Shown here one piece after another: positions 48,612-57,506 of a stretch of DNA of 64,000 nt. Each line of letters starts with the position of its first letter. Position 1 is the first letter of the stretch. Below the pieces are notes generated by a model. The model did not search any database. It was given only the letters and a program-made list of their open reading frames with translations, and had not been told where the DNA came from. The stretch spans positions 928,001 through 992,000 of the forward strand of contig CAXXSR010000001.1 of NCBI GenBank assembly GCA_963662615.2, written 5' to 3'. The translations under genes were made by a program, and so were the position numbers. This DNA is from Dehalococcoidia bacterium (GTDB lineage: Bacteria; Chloroflexota; Dehalococcoidia; Bin125).

Positions 48612-49403
48612 TCAGCGGCCGCGATAGACGGGCGGCCGCTTCTGCGCGAACGCCCGCGTCCCCTCGGCGGCATCCTCCGTCTGCAGGATCTCGGCGTAGA
48701 GCTGATTCTCCAGTCGCATGCCCGCGTGGAACGCTCCCTGCGCGTCCAGGGCGCCCTCATAGGCGGCCTGCTTGGTGGCGCGCACCGCGAGGGGGCCGTT
48801 GGCCTCGATCTCCGCCGCCCAGGCGCGGGCGGTGGGCATGAGGTCCTCCGGCGGGACCACCGCGTTGACCAGCCCGATGCGGTAGGCCTCGGCGGCATCG
48901 ATGTGGTTGGCGCGCAGCAGCAGCTCCAGCGCCGTCCCAAAGGGGACGTAGCGGGCCAGCCGCTGGACTTGGCCGCCGCCGGGCACCAGTCCGCGTTTGG
49001 GCGCCATGCTGCCAATGCGCGCGCCCGCGGCCATGATGCGCAGGTCGCAGGCGAGCGCCAGCGCGAATCCGCCCGCCAAGCACCAGCCGTTGATGGCGGC
49101 GATGACCGGCTTCCAGATCCGGTCGGGCGCAATGTCGGCGCCGTCGCTCTCGACGCGACGCTGGGCGCGCTCCTGCTCGTCCGCCACCGCCGTCTCGCGG
49201 GTCAGGTCGCGGCCCGTGCTGAAGGCGCGCGGCCCCGCGCCGGTGACGATGGCGACGTGCAGCGAGTCGTCCTCTTTGAAATCGCGCCAGAAGCGGGCAA
49301 GGTCGCGGTACATCTCGGGGTTGATCGCGTTCATCCGCTCGGGCCGGTCCAGCGTGACGGTGGCGATGGCGCCGTCCGCGCCCTCCCGCTCGACGCGGAT
49401 CAC
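48612..49403 (-). CDS. Enoyl-CoA hydratase/isomerase family protein
   Basis: LDRPERMNAI, KPVIAAINGWCLAGG, ACDLRI, FAQKRPPVY. Confidence 0.9.
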   Translation of the reverse strand: MIRVEREGADGAIATVTLDRPERMNAINPEMYRDLARFWRDFKEDDSLHVAIVTGAGPRAFSTGRDLTRETAVADEQERAQRRVESDGADIAPDRIWKPVIAAINGWCLAGGFALALACDLRIMAAGARIGSMAPKRGLVPGGGQVQRLARYVPFGTALELLLRANHIDAAEAYRIGLVNAVVPPEDLMPTARAWAAEIEANGPLAVRATKQAAYEGALDAQGAFHAGMRLENQLYAEILQTEDAAEGTRAFAQKRPPVYRGR

Positions 49404-49693
49404 GAGTCGGTCCCGTCGCCGCCGCCCGCCACCGCCGGGACGATGCTGACCTCGTCGCCGCTGGCGACGGCGGTGCGGAGCCCGTCCAGGAACCGCACGT
49501 CCTCACCGTTGACGAAGACGTTCACGAAGCGGCGAATCTCGCCGGCGTCGTCAAGGACCCGCTCGCGAAGGCCCGGGTAGCTTCCGTCCAGGTCGTCGAT
49601 CACGGCGGCCAGATTCTCGCCGCCGGCCGAGACCACGTCCTGCTCCGCCGTGAGCGCGCGCAGCGGGGTGGGAATGCGGACCGTGACGCTCAT
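49400..49693 (-). CDS. MoaD/ThiS/CysO-like ubiquitin-like sulfur carrier
   Basis: VRIPTPLR...RRFVNVFVNGEDVRFLDGL...IVPAVAGG followed by GDGTDS. Confidence 0.9.
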   Translation of the reverse strand: MSVTVRIPTPLRALTAEQDVVSAGGENLAAVIDDLDGSYPGLRERVLDDAGEIRRFVNVFVNGEDVRFLDGLRTAVASGDEVSIVPAVAGGGDGTDS

Positions 49694-49795
49694 GCCGGGC
49701 CCTTTCCTGGCGGCGGCGCTCGCATGCGGGCGCGCGCTGCCATTATGCCGTCCCGCGCCGCGTGCGTCAGCCAACGAGGCGCCGGCGCGGTCGCG

Positions 49796-50818
49796 CTAGG
49801 GCGGAGGGAGGCGTCGCCCCAGGGCCGGGGCGAGCAGCGTGAGCCGTTGCGCCAAGCGGGCGAACTGGGCCGGCGTGAGGGACTGCGGCCCGTCCGCCAG
49901 GGCGTGTTCGGGATCGGGGTGAACCTCCACGATCAGCCCGTCCGCCGTCGCGGCCACGGCCGCCATCGCCAGCGGCTCCACCAGCGAAGCGCGCCCGGCG
50001 CTGCGGGCGGGATCCACGACGACCGGCAGGTGGGTCCTCTGCTTGAGGACGGGAACGGCGCTGATGTCGGTGGTGGTGGGTGTGGCGGGCTCAAAGGTAC
50101 GAATCCCGGTCTCGCACAAGATGACCTGGTCGTTGCCGCCGTAGAGGATGTGCTCCGCGCAGAGCAGCCATTCATCCACGGTCGCCGAGAGCGCCCGCCG
50201 CAGCAACACCGGCTTGCCGCTGGCGGCCATCGCCTCCAGCAGCCCGAAGTTGCGCATGTGGAACGGGCCCACCTCCAAGGCGTCCGCGTACCGTGCGACG
50301 ATCTCCACGTCGGCGGTGCTGGAGACGTCGCTGATCACCGGCAGGCCCGTGGCGGCGCGCGCCGCGGCAAGGTGGCGCAGCCCCTCTTCACCCAAGCCTC
50401 GAAACGCGTACGGGGATTGGTCGGGCCGCATGGCGCCGCCGGCGAGCAGTTGCGCCCCCGACTCCCGCAGCGACCGCGCCAGCCCTACCACCTGCTCCTC
50501 TGACTCCACCGTGCCGGGACCGGCGATCAGCACCAGCGCGTCCCCGCCGATGGCAACGTTGCCCACGTGGACCACGCTGCCGGCAGGCTTCGTCTCGCGC
50601 CCGGCCAGCTCGTAGGACTTGCCCAGCAGGACCACGTTGTCCACGTGCGGCAGCGCGCGCACATCGTCGGCGAGGGCCGGCGGCTTGGGGCCCACCACGG
50701 TGATGATGGTGCGCTCCACCCCCACGGTCAGCTCGCCGCGGCAGCTCCGCTCCGCCAGCCGCTCTAGCACGTGGGCAATGTCCGCCTGGCTAGCGGCCGC
50801 GCTCATCACGATGACCAC
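49796..50818 (-). CDS. DAHP synthase (type I-beta) homolog with a degenerate active site
   Basis: N-terminal regulatory domain, SPY, GIRTFE, ADGLIVEVHPDP, DGPQSL retained; catalytic motifs altered. Confidence 0.8.
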   Translation of the reverse strand: MVIVMSAAASQADIAHVLERLAERSCRGELTVGVERTIITVVGPKPPALADDVRALPHVDNVVLLGKSYELAGRETKPAGSVVHVGNVAIGGDALVLIAGPGTVESEEQVVGLARSLRESGAQLLAGGAMRPDQSPYAFRGLGEEGLRHLAAARAATGLPVISDVSSTADVEIVARYADALEVGPFHMRNFGLLEAMAASGKPVLLRRALSATVDEWLLCAEHILYGGNDQVILCETGIRTFEPATPTTTDISAVPVLKQRTHLPVVVDPARSAGRASLVEPLAMAAVAATADGLIVEVHPDPEHALADGPQSLTPAQFARLAQRLTLLAPALGRRLPPP

Positions 50819-50839
50819 GTGCCACCCCTCCCCGCGGGG

Positions 50840-51121
50840 CTAGGTGAACGGCTCGTCTTCGTCCTCGGGGGCCAGATGCCAGAGCAGCCGGCATTCGTCA
50901 CAGGCCAGCGACGTGAGCAGGGAGGCGCCCTCTTCCACCTCTTCGTATTCCGGCTCCAGTTCGCTGCCGCAGTCCGGGCAAAGGGGGCGCAAGATGTAGT
51001 CGAAGTCGCCGCTGGTCACGGCGGTGCGATGCACCAGCGTGTCTACGTCCGCCCACTCCTCAAAAGGGACGGGGTGGACGGTGTACCCCTCGCGCGAAGT
51101 TCCTTGCTCCACGCTGCGCAT
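50840..51121 (-). CDS. Small acidic Zn-ribbon protein
   Basis: CPDCG...CDEC. Confidence 0.6.
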   Translation of the reverse strand: MRSVEQGTSREGYTVHPVPFEEWADVDTLVHRTAVTSGDFDYILRPLCPDCGSELEPEYEEVEEGASLLTSLACDECRLLWHLAPEDEDEPFT

Positions 51122-51310
51122 CCTAACTCAACACCGCTCCTGCAGGCCCGCGTCTGTCCGGCCCGCGTCTGTCCGGGCCGGCAGGCGCGGGCCGGAGAGA
51201 GGCCGTGACCGGCCGGATTCTTCCAGCGACGGAAGGATCCGGCCGGCCCGGCTGGAGCCGCGTCCCTCATCCGCAATCGAGAGGGGGGTAGGCAGGAAGA
51301 TGCGCTGCGA

Positions 51311-51586
51311 TCAGGCGGCGGAGCCCGCTCGCTTCGACTCGTCGTAGGCGGCCGCAACGCCCGGATCGTAGTAGGTCGTGCGACGGTCCGGCCGCCAAGC
51401 GGTCGCCGTGTCGACGAAGAGGTCGGAGTTGTTCGTGCGGTCGCGTCCGTCAAAGCGATTGCTGAAGCGCTTGCGCCTGCCGCACTTGCGGCATTCGCCC
51501 CAGCTCGTCGCTCCAGCGGGCGGGCGCACCGCCCAGTGGTGCTTGCAGCTCTTGGTTCGTGGCCGCGGCGTCGTCATCGTCACCAT
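51311..51586 (-). CDS. Small CxHHW...CxxC Zn-binding protein
   Basis: CKHHWAVRPPAGATSWGECRKCGRRKRFSN. Confidence 0.72.
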   Translation of the reverse strand: MVTMTTPRPRTKSCKHHWAVRPPAGATSWGECRKCGRRKRFSNRFDGRDRTNNSDLFVDTATAWRPDRRTTYYDPGVAAAYDESKRAGSAA

Positions 51587-51874
51587 ATGCGCTGTCCATC
51601 ACCACGCGTCGATCCGCAGGGGTCCGCCGTCAGGCGAACTCGGCTGGACGACACGGGGTAGAAAGGGAGATGAACGGCCTCGTGGAGTTCTGCGACCCGC
51701 CCCTAGCTTCGCGCGCGGGCGGATTGGGGTCAATCGTTGCGCAGCGACTTTTACGAGGGCTTAACGCGGGCTCACCGCGGTCCGCGCTCTCCTTGAAGAG
51801 CGGTGTGGAGCAACTATTTCATGCGCGTATCAAGCAGCGCCGCACGACAACCGCTGACGACGATCGCGTGCGCG

Positions 51875-52318
51875 CTAGCCGTCCGTCTCCGGCGCTTCTC
51901 CGGCGTGAGGACGCCCGACCAGCCGACCCACGAGGGGATGCCGGTAGTCCTCACCCCGGCGCACCGCGCGCGCGGCGCGCGTGGCCGCCAGGCCCTGCCC
52001 GAGGTAGTAGATGGCGAGGAACGGCGACGCGGTGAGCACCACGGCGAGGACGAGCGCGCCACCGTCGTAGCGGCCGTCCCATGCCAGCAGCGCCAGCGGC
52101 GCCACGACGGCCAGCACGATCAGCAGGAGATTGAGCACGATGATCTGGAAGAGCGACGACTGCAACGCTTGTAGCGCCACCCAGGGCGACGCGTGGAGGT
52201 TGCGGCTGTAGATCGCCACGGACGCGAACACACCCAACAAGGGAAGCAGGGCGAGCCAGGCGCTCAGATGGGCACGCGCCGCCTGCGCTCGTTCCTCCGG
52301 ACTGGCGATAGGCATCAT
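51875..52318 (-). CDS. DUF4870-like membrane protein
   Basis: EER..A..AHLS, QALQS, GEDYRHPLVG. Confidence 0.75.
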   Translation of the reverse strand: MMPIASPEERAQAARAHLSAWLALLPLLGVFASVAIYSRNLHASPWVALQALQSSLFQIIVLNLLLIVLAVVAPLALLAWDGRYDGGALVLAVVLTASPFLAIYYLGQGLAATRAARAVRRGEDYRHPLVGRLVGRPHAGEAPETDG

Positions 52319-52529
52319 GCCGTTGCCGAGCGGGACGGCGTGCCTGCCGCCGCGGCGCGCCGCGCACTCACAGTCCGCCTCCCGCCGGGGTGGCCGCCCC
52401 GCTTAGGCGCACGCGTTCGCAAGGCCAGCTTCCTGACGGGCGACAAGCGCTCAGGCGCCACTAGTGCCGCAATCTTCGCTGAGGCGGTGGGCAGTATAGG
52501 CGCGGGCGCGGGCCCGGACCCGATCCGAT

Positions 52530-52963
52530 CCGGTCGTGCGCCTCCAGCAGGGTGAGGACGGATGCGAGAGGGGTTAACCCACTGTAAATCTTGGCCGCAC
52601 CGCCGATGAGAGCGTTGCGACCCTGCCACGGCCCAACTACGTTGCGGAACAGTTGAGGGCGGGCCGACCCGGGAGAAACGGAGAAAGATCCGAATCGGCC
52701 CAGCCCTAGGGGAGGATGCGGGCCCGTCTTGGGGAGGCGGAGCCCGCCTCTCGAATCTTCGCACAGCTGTTCCGGCACTGCAATAAAGGGTCAACCTCTC
52801 TCTGGGAAATGGCTACGCCCCGGGGAGTCTCGGCCGTGGTCAGGGCCCCAGCGGGGAGCGGGGACCACCGCCGTGAGGCGCGTCCGACGGCCGCGGGCGC
52901 GATACCACGGACACAGTGCTGCGGACCCCTGCCATCCGGCACGTTCCCGCTGGGCGCAACCGG
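52530..52963 (+). ncRNA. Candidate large structured ncRNA (unassigned family)
   Basis: Nested complementary helices closing the 5' and 3' ends, A-rich loops, a GNRA tetraloop, no credible ORF in a ~680-bp gap. Confidence 0.55.
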
Positions 52964-53000
52964 CCGATCGCGCCGCCGTCGCCGGATATACTCGATTCGT

Positions 53001-53543
53001 ATGGTGGGGAGTGCGGGACACGACCTGGGCGCGGCGGAGTCCGTTGAAGCGGAAGCGGTAGGCGTTCCGGGAGAGCGAACCTTCCGCATTCGCCTCCTTG
53101 CCGCCAACGCCTCGGCCTCACTGTGGCTTGAGAAGGAGCAGGTGCAGGCTCTCGCTACGGCGATCCAGCAGATTCTGGTCCAGCATCGCCAGCCCGGCGA
53201 GACGCGGCGGCCCCAGGCGCCCTCCCTGCAAGACTTTCCCCGCTATCCCACGCACGATTTCCGCGTAGGCCGGCTGGCGCTGGGCTTTGACGAAGGCGCG
53301 GACAATCTGGTCATCTACGCCACGGACATGGACGCCGAGGACCCGGGCCATCCCACGCTGCGTGTGACCTTCACGCGGCAGCAGGCCCGGCTCTTCTCGG
53401 CCCAGGCCGAAGCCACGGTGGCGGCGGGCCGCTCCCTGTGCCCCCTCTGCAAGGCGCCCCTGGACGAGCCGACGCATCTCTGCCCGCCCGCCAACGGCCA
53501 CTCGGAGGACGCGGTCGTCTGGCTGGGCCCGCCCGACCTCTAG
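53001..53543 (+). CDS. DUF3090 family protein
   Basis: VGVPGERTF, LEKEQVQAL, FRVGRLALGFD, AGRSLCPLC...HLCPPANGH; TATACT upstream. Confidence 0.85.
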   Translation: MVGSAGHDLGAAESVEAEAVGVPGERTFRIRLLAANASASLWLEKEQVQALATAIQQILVQHRQPGETRRPQAPSLQDFPRYPTHDFRVGRLALGFDEGADNLVIYATDMDAEDPGHPTLRVTFTRQQARLFSAQAEATVAAGRSLCPLCKAPLDEPTHLCPPANGHSEDAVVWLGPPDL

Positions 53544-53546
53544 CGC

Positions 53547-54803
53547 ATGCCAGATCACCCCAGCCCGCGCGCGTCGACGCGCCCTCCCCTGTGGACGCTC
53601 AACTATGCGCTGACCCTGCTGGGCACGTTCACGTTCTTCGGCAGCTTCTTCTATCTCCTCGCCGTCCTGCCGGACTACGTGGATGCCATTGGCGGCAGTG
53701 CCTGGCAGGTTGGCCTGATTGTCGGCGGCTTCGGCTTCGTCCCGCTCTTCCTGCGGCCGCTGTCCGGGCGCTGGAGCGACCGCGGCCGGCGCCTCCGCCT
53801 GATGCGGGTGGCGCTGCTGGTCTTCGCCGTCTCCCTGGGGCTGATGGCGTTGTCGGAGGACATCTGGTCCCTGCTGGCGCTGCGTGTCGTCCAGGGCATT
53901 GGCATGGCGATGTTCCCCACGGCGGCGGGGTCGCTGGTGGCGCAGAGCGTGCCACCGCCGCGACGCGGCGAGGGGCTGGGATTCTTCGGCATGTCCACCA
54001 GCGCGTCGCAAATGGTGTTCCCCGCGCTCGGCTTCGTCATCACCGACGTCTGGGGCTTCGACGCGGTCTTCTTGGTGGCGTCGGTGACGGCGGCCGCCAC
54101 GCTGCTGGTCGTCGCCTTCTTGCACGAACCGCAGCCCGATGCGTCGGGCGCAGCGACGCCGACGCGGACGCTGATCCCGACGAAAGCGCTCTTTCCCATG
54201 GTGATCTTCCTGACGGTCACCCTGGCCTTCTCCGCGACCGCAACCTTCTTACCGCTCTTGGGCGACGAGCGCGATCTGGGCAACGTGGGTCTGTTCTTCC
54301 TTGTCAGCGGCGCCGCGGCCCTCGTCATGCGGCCCACCGCGGGGCGCATGTCCGATCGCGTTGGACGGTTGCCGGTGATCCTGCCGGGGCTGGTTTTTAC
54401 CGCTGTCAGCATGTGGATCCTGACGCAGGCGGAGAGCTTTGGTCTCATGCTTGTGGCGGGCGGCTTTGCCGGGGCGGGGCTGGGGGCGACGCATACCGGC
54501 CTGTTCGCCCTTGCCATTGACCGCGTCCTATCGACCGAACGGGGCAGCGCCACCGCGGTCTTTCAGATGGCCTGGGATATCGGCGGGGTCTCCGGCGGCG
54601 TGCTGCTGGGCTTCGTCGCGCAGGCCCTCGATTTGGTCACCGTGTTCTGGGTCGCGGGGGCGTTTCTGCTCGTGGCCATCGCGCTGCTGCTGCCGGGCCG
54701 GATGCTGGGGTGGACGCGCCCGCTGCCGGGGGCGCACGTCGGTTTGGAAGGCGCCGTCGCGCCGGCCGGGGGCGCGCCGCCGGCGGGCCCGCACCGACAG
54801 TAG
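53547..54803 (+). CDS. MFS transporter
   Basis: 12-TM pattern; GRWSDRGRR and GRMSDRVGR motif A. Confidence 0.92.
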   Translation: MPDHPSPRASTRPPLWTLNYALTLLGTFTFFGSFFYLLAVLPDYVDAIGGSAWQVGLIVGGFGFVPLFLRPLSGRWSDRGRRLRLMRVALLVFAVSLGLMALSEDIWSLLALRVVQGIGMAMFPTAAGSLVAQSVPPPRRGEGLGFFGMSTSASQMVFPALGFVITDVWGFDAVFLVASVTAAATLLVVAFLHEPQPDASGAATPTRTLIPTKALFPMVIFLTVTLAFSATATFLPLLGDERDLGNVGLFFLVSGAAALVMRPTAGRMSDRVGRLPVILPGLVFTAVSMWILTQAESFGLMLVAGGFAGAGLGATHTGLFALAIDRVLSTERGSATAVFQMAWDIGGVSGGVLLGFVAQALDLVTVFWVAGAFLLVAIALLLPGRMLGWTRPLPGAHVGLEGAVAPAGGAPPAGPHRQ

Positions 54804-54878
54804 TGTGACCGTCTCCCGGCCGCGCTGCCCCTCAAGTGCCGCCACCGTTGGACGATGGCGCGCTACCCTGTGCCTTCC

Positions 54879-57506
54879 ATGATCGCGAGTGACCGATCTG
54901 GCGACGCAGGCAGCGCCCTCGCCGGCCTGCGCGTCCTTGAGCTGGGCGAGAGCCGGGCGCTGGCCTATGCCGGCAAGCTCTTGGCCGACTTCGGCGCGGA
55001 CGTCGTCAAGGTCGAAAGCGAGCGGGGCGACTCCTCGCGACGGCGTCTGCCGCTGCCGGACGCCCCCGGCGCCGACGGCCAACTGCACCGCTGGCTGAAC
55101 AACAACAAGCGCAGCGTCGTGATCGACTGGCGGCGCGACGCCGCGTCGCTGTCGCCGCTGCTGGACGGCGCCCACGTCGCCATCAGCGCGGTGCCGGCAG
55201 CCGGCCCGCAAGCGCCACGGACGGCGGCGGCGCTTGCGCCGGAGGCGTTGCGCCGCGGCCGCGATCATCTAGTCGTCGCGCATGTGTCGGACTTCGGCCC
55301 GGACGGTCCGCTGGCCGGCTGGATGGGTGGCGAGTTGGTGCTCTACGCGCTCAGCGGCTTGCTGGCGGGCAGCGGCGCCTACGACCGGCCCCCGGTCAAG
55401 CATGGGGTCGGCGTCGCCTGGTACACCAGTGGCGCGGCGCTGGTGCTGGGCGTGTTGATTGCGCAGTGGGAACGAGGCGAGCACGGCCACGGGCAAGTCG
55501 TCGATGTGGCCGCCCTTGACTGCATGGTGGGGGCGCAAGCGGCGCTCCCATTCGTCCACTCCTTCACGGGCGTCGTGCCGCGGCGGGCCGGCAAGGTGGT
55601 GCGCGCCGACTTGGGGATCCTCCCCTGCAAGGACGGCTATGTCGCCAGCATTACCGGCCCCATGGGCTGGGAGCGATTCGTCGCCTTGCTGGGCGAGCCC
55701 GCGCTGGCGCGCGAGCACTTCCTGGACCGCGGCGAGCGCGTCCAGTACATGGGGGAGGTCATTGACCTCATCATTCGCCGTCTCAGCGAGAAGACGAAGG
55801 AGGAGTGGTTCCACGAGGCGCAGGCGCTGCGCTTGGCTTATGCGCCCGTCCAGTCCGCCGCCGATCTGGCGCGCTGCCCCCAGCTCGCCGACCGTGGCTT
55901 CTTCGTCGACGTGGACGGCGCCGACGGCCTCCGCTCGCGCCTGCCGGGGCGGCCCTTCCTGATGAGCCGGACCCCCTGGCGCCAGTCGCGCCCCGCCCCT
56001 CTGCTGGGCGATACCGCCATTGACGCGGTGGGCTGGGACCGTCCCGCCCGGCCCGGCGCCGATGCGCCTTCCAACGAGTTCCCGCTCCGTGGGATTCGCA
56101 TCCTGGAGCTGAGCACCGCCTGGGCCGTTCCTTGCGCGACGAAGCTGCTGGCGGAACTGGGCGCCGACGTGATCAAGGTCGAGTCCCATACGCACATCGA
56201 CCACGCGCGCACCGCTCCCTATGCCGACCACGAACTGGGCGAACGCTTCTTCGATCGCACGCCGATCTTTCACGTCGCCAACACCAGCAAAGCGCACGTC
56301 TGCCTGGAGCTGTCGCATCCGCAGGCCCGTGACCTGTTGCGACGCCTCGTCGCGGGGGCCGACGTGTTGATGGAGAATTTCACGCCCCGTGTGATGGAGC
56401 GGTTCGGGCTCACCTACGACGACCTCATCGCCCATCGGCCCGACCTGATCATGCTCTCATCGTGCGGCTACGGGCACACCGGCCCCTGGCGCGACTATCG
56501 TGCTTACGGCTGGAGCCTGGAGCCGGCCGGCGGCCTCAGCGACGTCACGGGCTATCCCGACGGCCCGCCCCACTCCAGCGGCGTCCCCTATCCGGACATG
56601 GCCAGCGCCTTGCACACGGCATACGCCATCCTGCTGGCCCTGCTGCACCGCCGTCGCACCGGCCAGGGCCAGTGGATCGATCTCGCGCAGTACGAAGTGG
56701 GAGCGCTGGCCGCCGTCGAGCCGCTCTTGCAGCAGTTGACGGACGGCAGGCCATGGGGGCGGCACGGCAATCGCCACCCCTGGTACGCGCCCCACAACAT
56801 CTACCCGGCCGCGCCCGACGGCACGACGCTGGGCGCCGACGACCAGTGGGTCGCCATCGCCGTTGAGCGTGACGAGGAGTGGCCGCGACTGGTGCAAGCG
56901 CTGGACGGCGCGCTCCCCGATCGCCCCGAGTGGGCCGCGATGGGCGGCCGCAAGGCGGACGAAGAGGAGATCGATGCGGCCATCGCGGAGTGGACGGCGA
57001 GCCGGACGGCGGAAGAGTCGGCGCGGCTGCTGCAGTCGGGTGGCGTGCGCGCGGCCCCGGTGCATCGTTACGACCAGACGCTGCGCAACCCGCAGCTCTG
57101 GCACCGCGACTATCTCCAGCGCGTGACGAGCCGCGAGGTGGGCACACGTATCCTGCCCGGCGCTTGGCAGCGCTTCTCGCGCACGCCCGCACGGATGCGC
57201 TGGGGCAGTCCCGGCTTCGGCGAGCACAACCGGCTGGTCCTGCAGGGCGTCCTGGGCCTCAGCGACGCGGAGGTCGATGCGCTCTACGCCGCCGGCGCGA
57301 CGGCGGATGCGCCCACGACGATCGAGCGTCCGCCCATTGGCGGCGTGCCCGTCGAAACCCAGATCGAGCTGGGCGTCGGGCGGGGCCTGGACGCCGGCTA
57401 TCGGGAATGGAACGAGGCCGGCCCCGCGGTTCCAGTGGTGGAGGCGCTGCCGCTATCCTGGGGGCCGACGGCGGCGCGGATCGCGACGGGAGACGGCAAT
57501 GACTGA
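54879..57506 (+). CDS. CoA-transferase family III, tandem CaiB/BaiF domains
   Basis: LAGLRVLEL...GADVVKVE and PLRGIRILEL...GADVIKVE, ENFTPRV; alternative start 54855. Confidence 0.92.
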   Translation: MIASDRSGDAGSALAGLRVLELGESRALAYAGKLLADFGADVVKVESERGDSSRRRLPLPDAPGADGQLHRWLNNNKRSVVIDWRRDAASLSPLLDGAHVAISAVPAAGPQAPRTAAALAPEALRRGRDHLVVAHVSDFGPDGPLAGWMGGELVLYALSGLLAGSGAYDRPPVKHGVGVAWYTSGAALVLGVLIAQWERGEHGHGQVVDVAALDCMVGAQAALPFVHSFTGVVPRRAGKVVRADLGILPCKDGYVASITGPMGWERFVALLGEPALAREHFLDRGERVQYMGEVIDLIIRRLSEKTKEEWFHEAQALRLAYAPVQSAADLARCPQLADRGFFVDVDGADGLRSRLPGRPFLMSRTPWRQSRPAPLLGDTAIDAVGWDRPARPGADAPSNEFPLRGIRILELSTAWAVPCATKLLAELGADVIKVESHTHIDHARTAPYADHELGERFFDRTPIFHVANTSKAHVCLELSHPQARDLLRRLVAGADVLMENFTPRVMERFGLTYDDLIAHRPDLIMLSSCGYGHTGPWRDYRAYGWSLEPAGGLSDVTGYPDGPPHSSGVPYPDMASALHTAYAILLALLHRRRTGQGQWIDLAQYEVGALAAVEPLLQQLTDGRPWGRHGNRHPWYAPHNIYPAAPDGTTLGADDQWVAIAVERDEEWPRLVQALDGALPDRPEWAAMGGRKADEEEIDAAIAEWTASRTAEESARLLQSGGVRAAPVHRYDQTLRNPQLWHRDYLQRVTSREVGTRILPGAWQRFSRTPARMRWGSPGFGEHNRLVLQGVLGLSDAEVDALYAAGATADAPTTIERPPIGGVPVETQIELGVGRGLDAGYREWNEAGPAVPVVEALPLSWGPTAARIATGDGND

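Noticed and set aside
52560-52940. Cobalamin riboswitch, SAH riboswitch or RNase P identity for the structured region
   Set aside because: Only fragments resemble them (ACTGTAA, GGGAA, GACCCCTGCC; GAGCGTTGCGACCC). The AGGGAA..GGTG.AA.TCC core, the CCAGGCTCGG element and GAGGAAAGTCC are absent. Rfam is needed to exclude these formally.
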